DNA of 63,895 nucleotides, counting the filler, from Acetivibrio sp. (GTDB lineage Bacteria; Bacillota; Clostridia; Acetivibrionales; Acetivibrionaceae), in the NCBI RefSeq assembly GCF_035371925.1. It is 5 parts of 5 records of this genome, joined end to end, with 100 filler letters (N's around TTAATTAATTAA, not from the genome) between each part and the next. Parts side by side here need not be neighbours in the genome. Positions count along the whole stretch, not along the records: positions 57,572 to 63,895 come from NZ_DAORXT010000127.1; 4 more parts are not named here. The stretch is one strand, 5' to 3'. Shown here in pieces: positions 63,058-63,895 of the stretch (within the stretch, counting starts at the first letter, position 1; each line of letters begins with the position of its first letter). The notes under the pieces are model-generated. The model had not been told where the DNA came from. It searched no databases and saw only the letters and a program-made list of their open reading frames with translations. Position numbers and translations under genes: made by a program.

Positions 63058-63492
63058 ATGAATATAGGTATTTGCGATGATATTACCATCAATTGCGAAG
63101 TTATAGAAGCAGCCATCCTGCAGTATGGTGAGGAAAACAATATCACATTCAACATTCGGAAATTCGGCAGCGGAGAAGAACTCATCGACCTGATCAGTAT
63201 GGAAGATGCCAGTTTCGATCTGCTTTTTCTTGATTATTACATGAAAGAACTTACCGGCCTTGAAACTGCAAAAAGGATCAGGCATCTGGAACAAGCCGGA
63301 TGCAAACCTGCATGCAACATCGTTTTCGTGACTTCAATGGACAATACATATGAGTTAATGTGTGTACATCCGCTGCGAGTCATACGCAAACCGGTAAGTC
63401 CGGGGATAATAAATGCGATACTCACATATGTCCTGTCTGAAAAAGGCGAGGCACATGCTGTATCAAATCCGGGCCGTGACGGCAGCAAATGA
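63058..63492 (+). CDS. Response-regulator receiver domain (LytR/AlgR type), output domain missing; possibly truncated
   Basis: IGICDD, FDLLFLDYYMKELTGLETAKRIR, IVFVTS, IRKP; ends soon after the REC domain. Confidence 0.75.
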   Translation: MNIGICDDITINCEVIEAAILQYGEENNITFNIRKFGSGEELIDLISMEDASFDLLFLDYYMKELTGLETAKRIRHLEQAGCKPACNIVFVTSMDNTYELMCVHPLRVIRKPVSPGIINAILTYVLSEKGEAHAVSNPGRDGSK

Positions 63493-63895
63493 ATCCGAGA
63501 CGCCGGCAAATGAATGTAGCCCGAAAGCCTCGTGCCTTAATATTGTCTCCATGATTTACGGCAGTTTGATTCCATCACGGTCATAAAAAATGACGCCGAT
63601 GGTTTGCGAATGCCATGAATATCGAAAATCCCAATAGCCGATGGATCAGGCAGTATTAAAGCATCAATATTGATGTTGATTTTTTTATTGAAAAAGTTAG
63701 AAATATTATGATAAATATTTAATAGGAAATAGAATTATATGAAATTTCAGGAATATTATTATAATACGCATCCTGCTCGTTAGATTTCTAATTGACTTTG
63801 TTGAAAATTTTATGCATTTCTTATGGAAATATTGTTTATTACAAGTAAAAATTATACGATTTGTACAAAAGTTAATAAAGCAATTAATATGAAAG

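Overview
Low-GC draft-genome DNA from a cellulosome-producing thermophilic clostridium. The rsgI genes, type I dockerin, SLH proteins and rnfCDGEAB order point to Acetivibrio/Hungateiclostridium, close to A. thermocellus/straminisolvens (inferred). The window is five contigs joined by artificial 100-bp N-TTAATTAATTAA-N linkers in decreasing size order, so adjacency across linkers is not biological. Contig 1 (1-14353): stacked Tn7-like transposon ends, including a 450-bp gene-less mini-element; a large SLH/vWA/papain-like surface protein split by one in-frame stop, plus a secreted partner; a fluoride riboswitch ahead of a cation:proton antiporter; SMI1/KNR4; frameshifted DUF4180; glyA; LysE. 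Contig 2 (14454-28797): motAB, DUF1385, prmC, ytvI, rnf operon, aroK, a CsfG-like sRNA candidate and a GNAT. Contig 3 (28898-43147): RsgI-CBM3, MCP, class V aminotransferase, proA, HAD, orphan RsgI9-like protein, rhomboid, dockerin-RCC1 and pilT. Contig 4 (43248-57471): WXG100-like Rhs toxin with two immunity paralogs, HIT, SLH protein, CpsB and rfbC. Contig 5 (57572-63895): decayed mobile/defence island with an ExeA-like ATPase remnant, a coupled PHP-ATPase (Ppl-like) plus Schlafen/AlbA_2 gene pair, and XRE/REC regulators. All product calls come from motif recognition; no database search was run.
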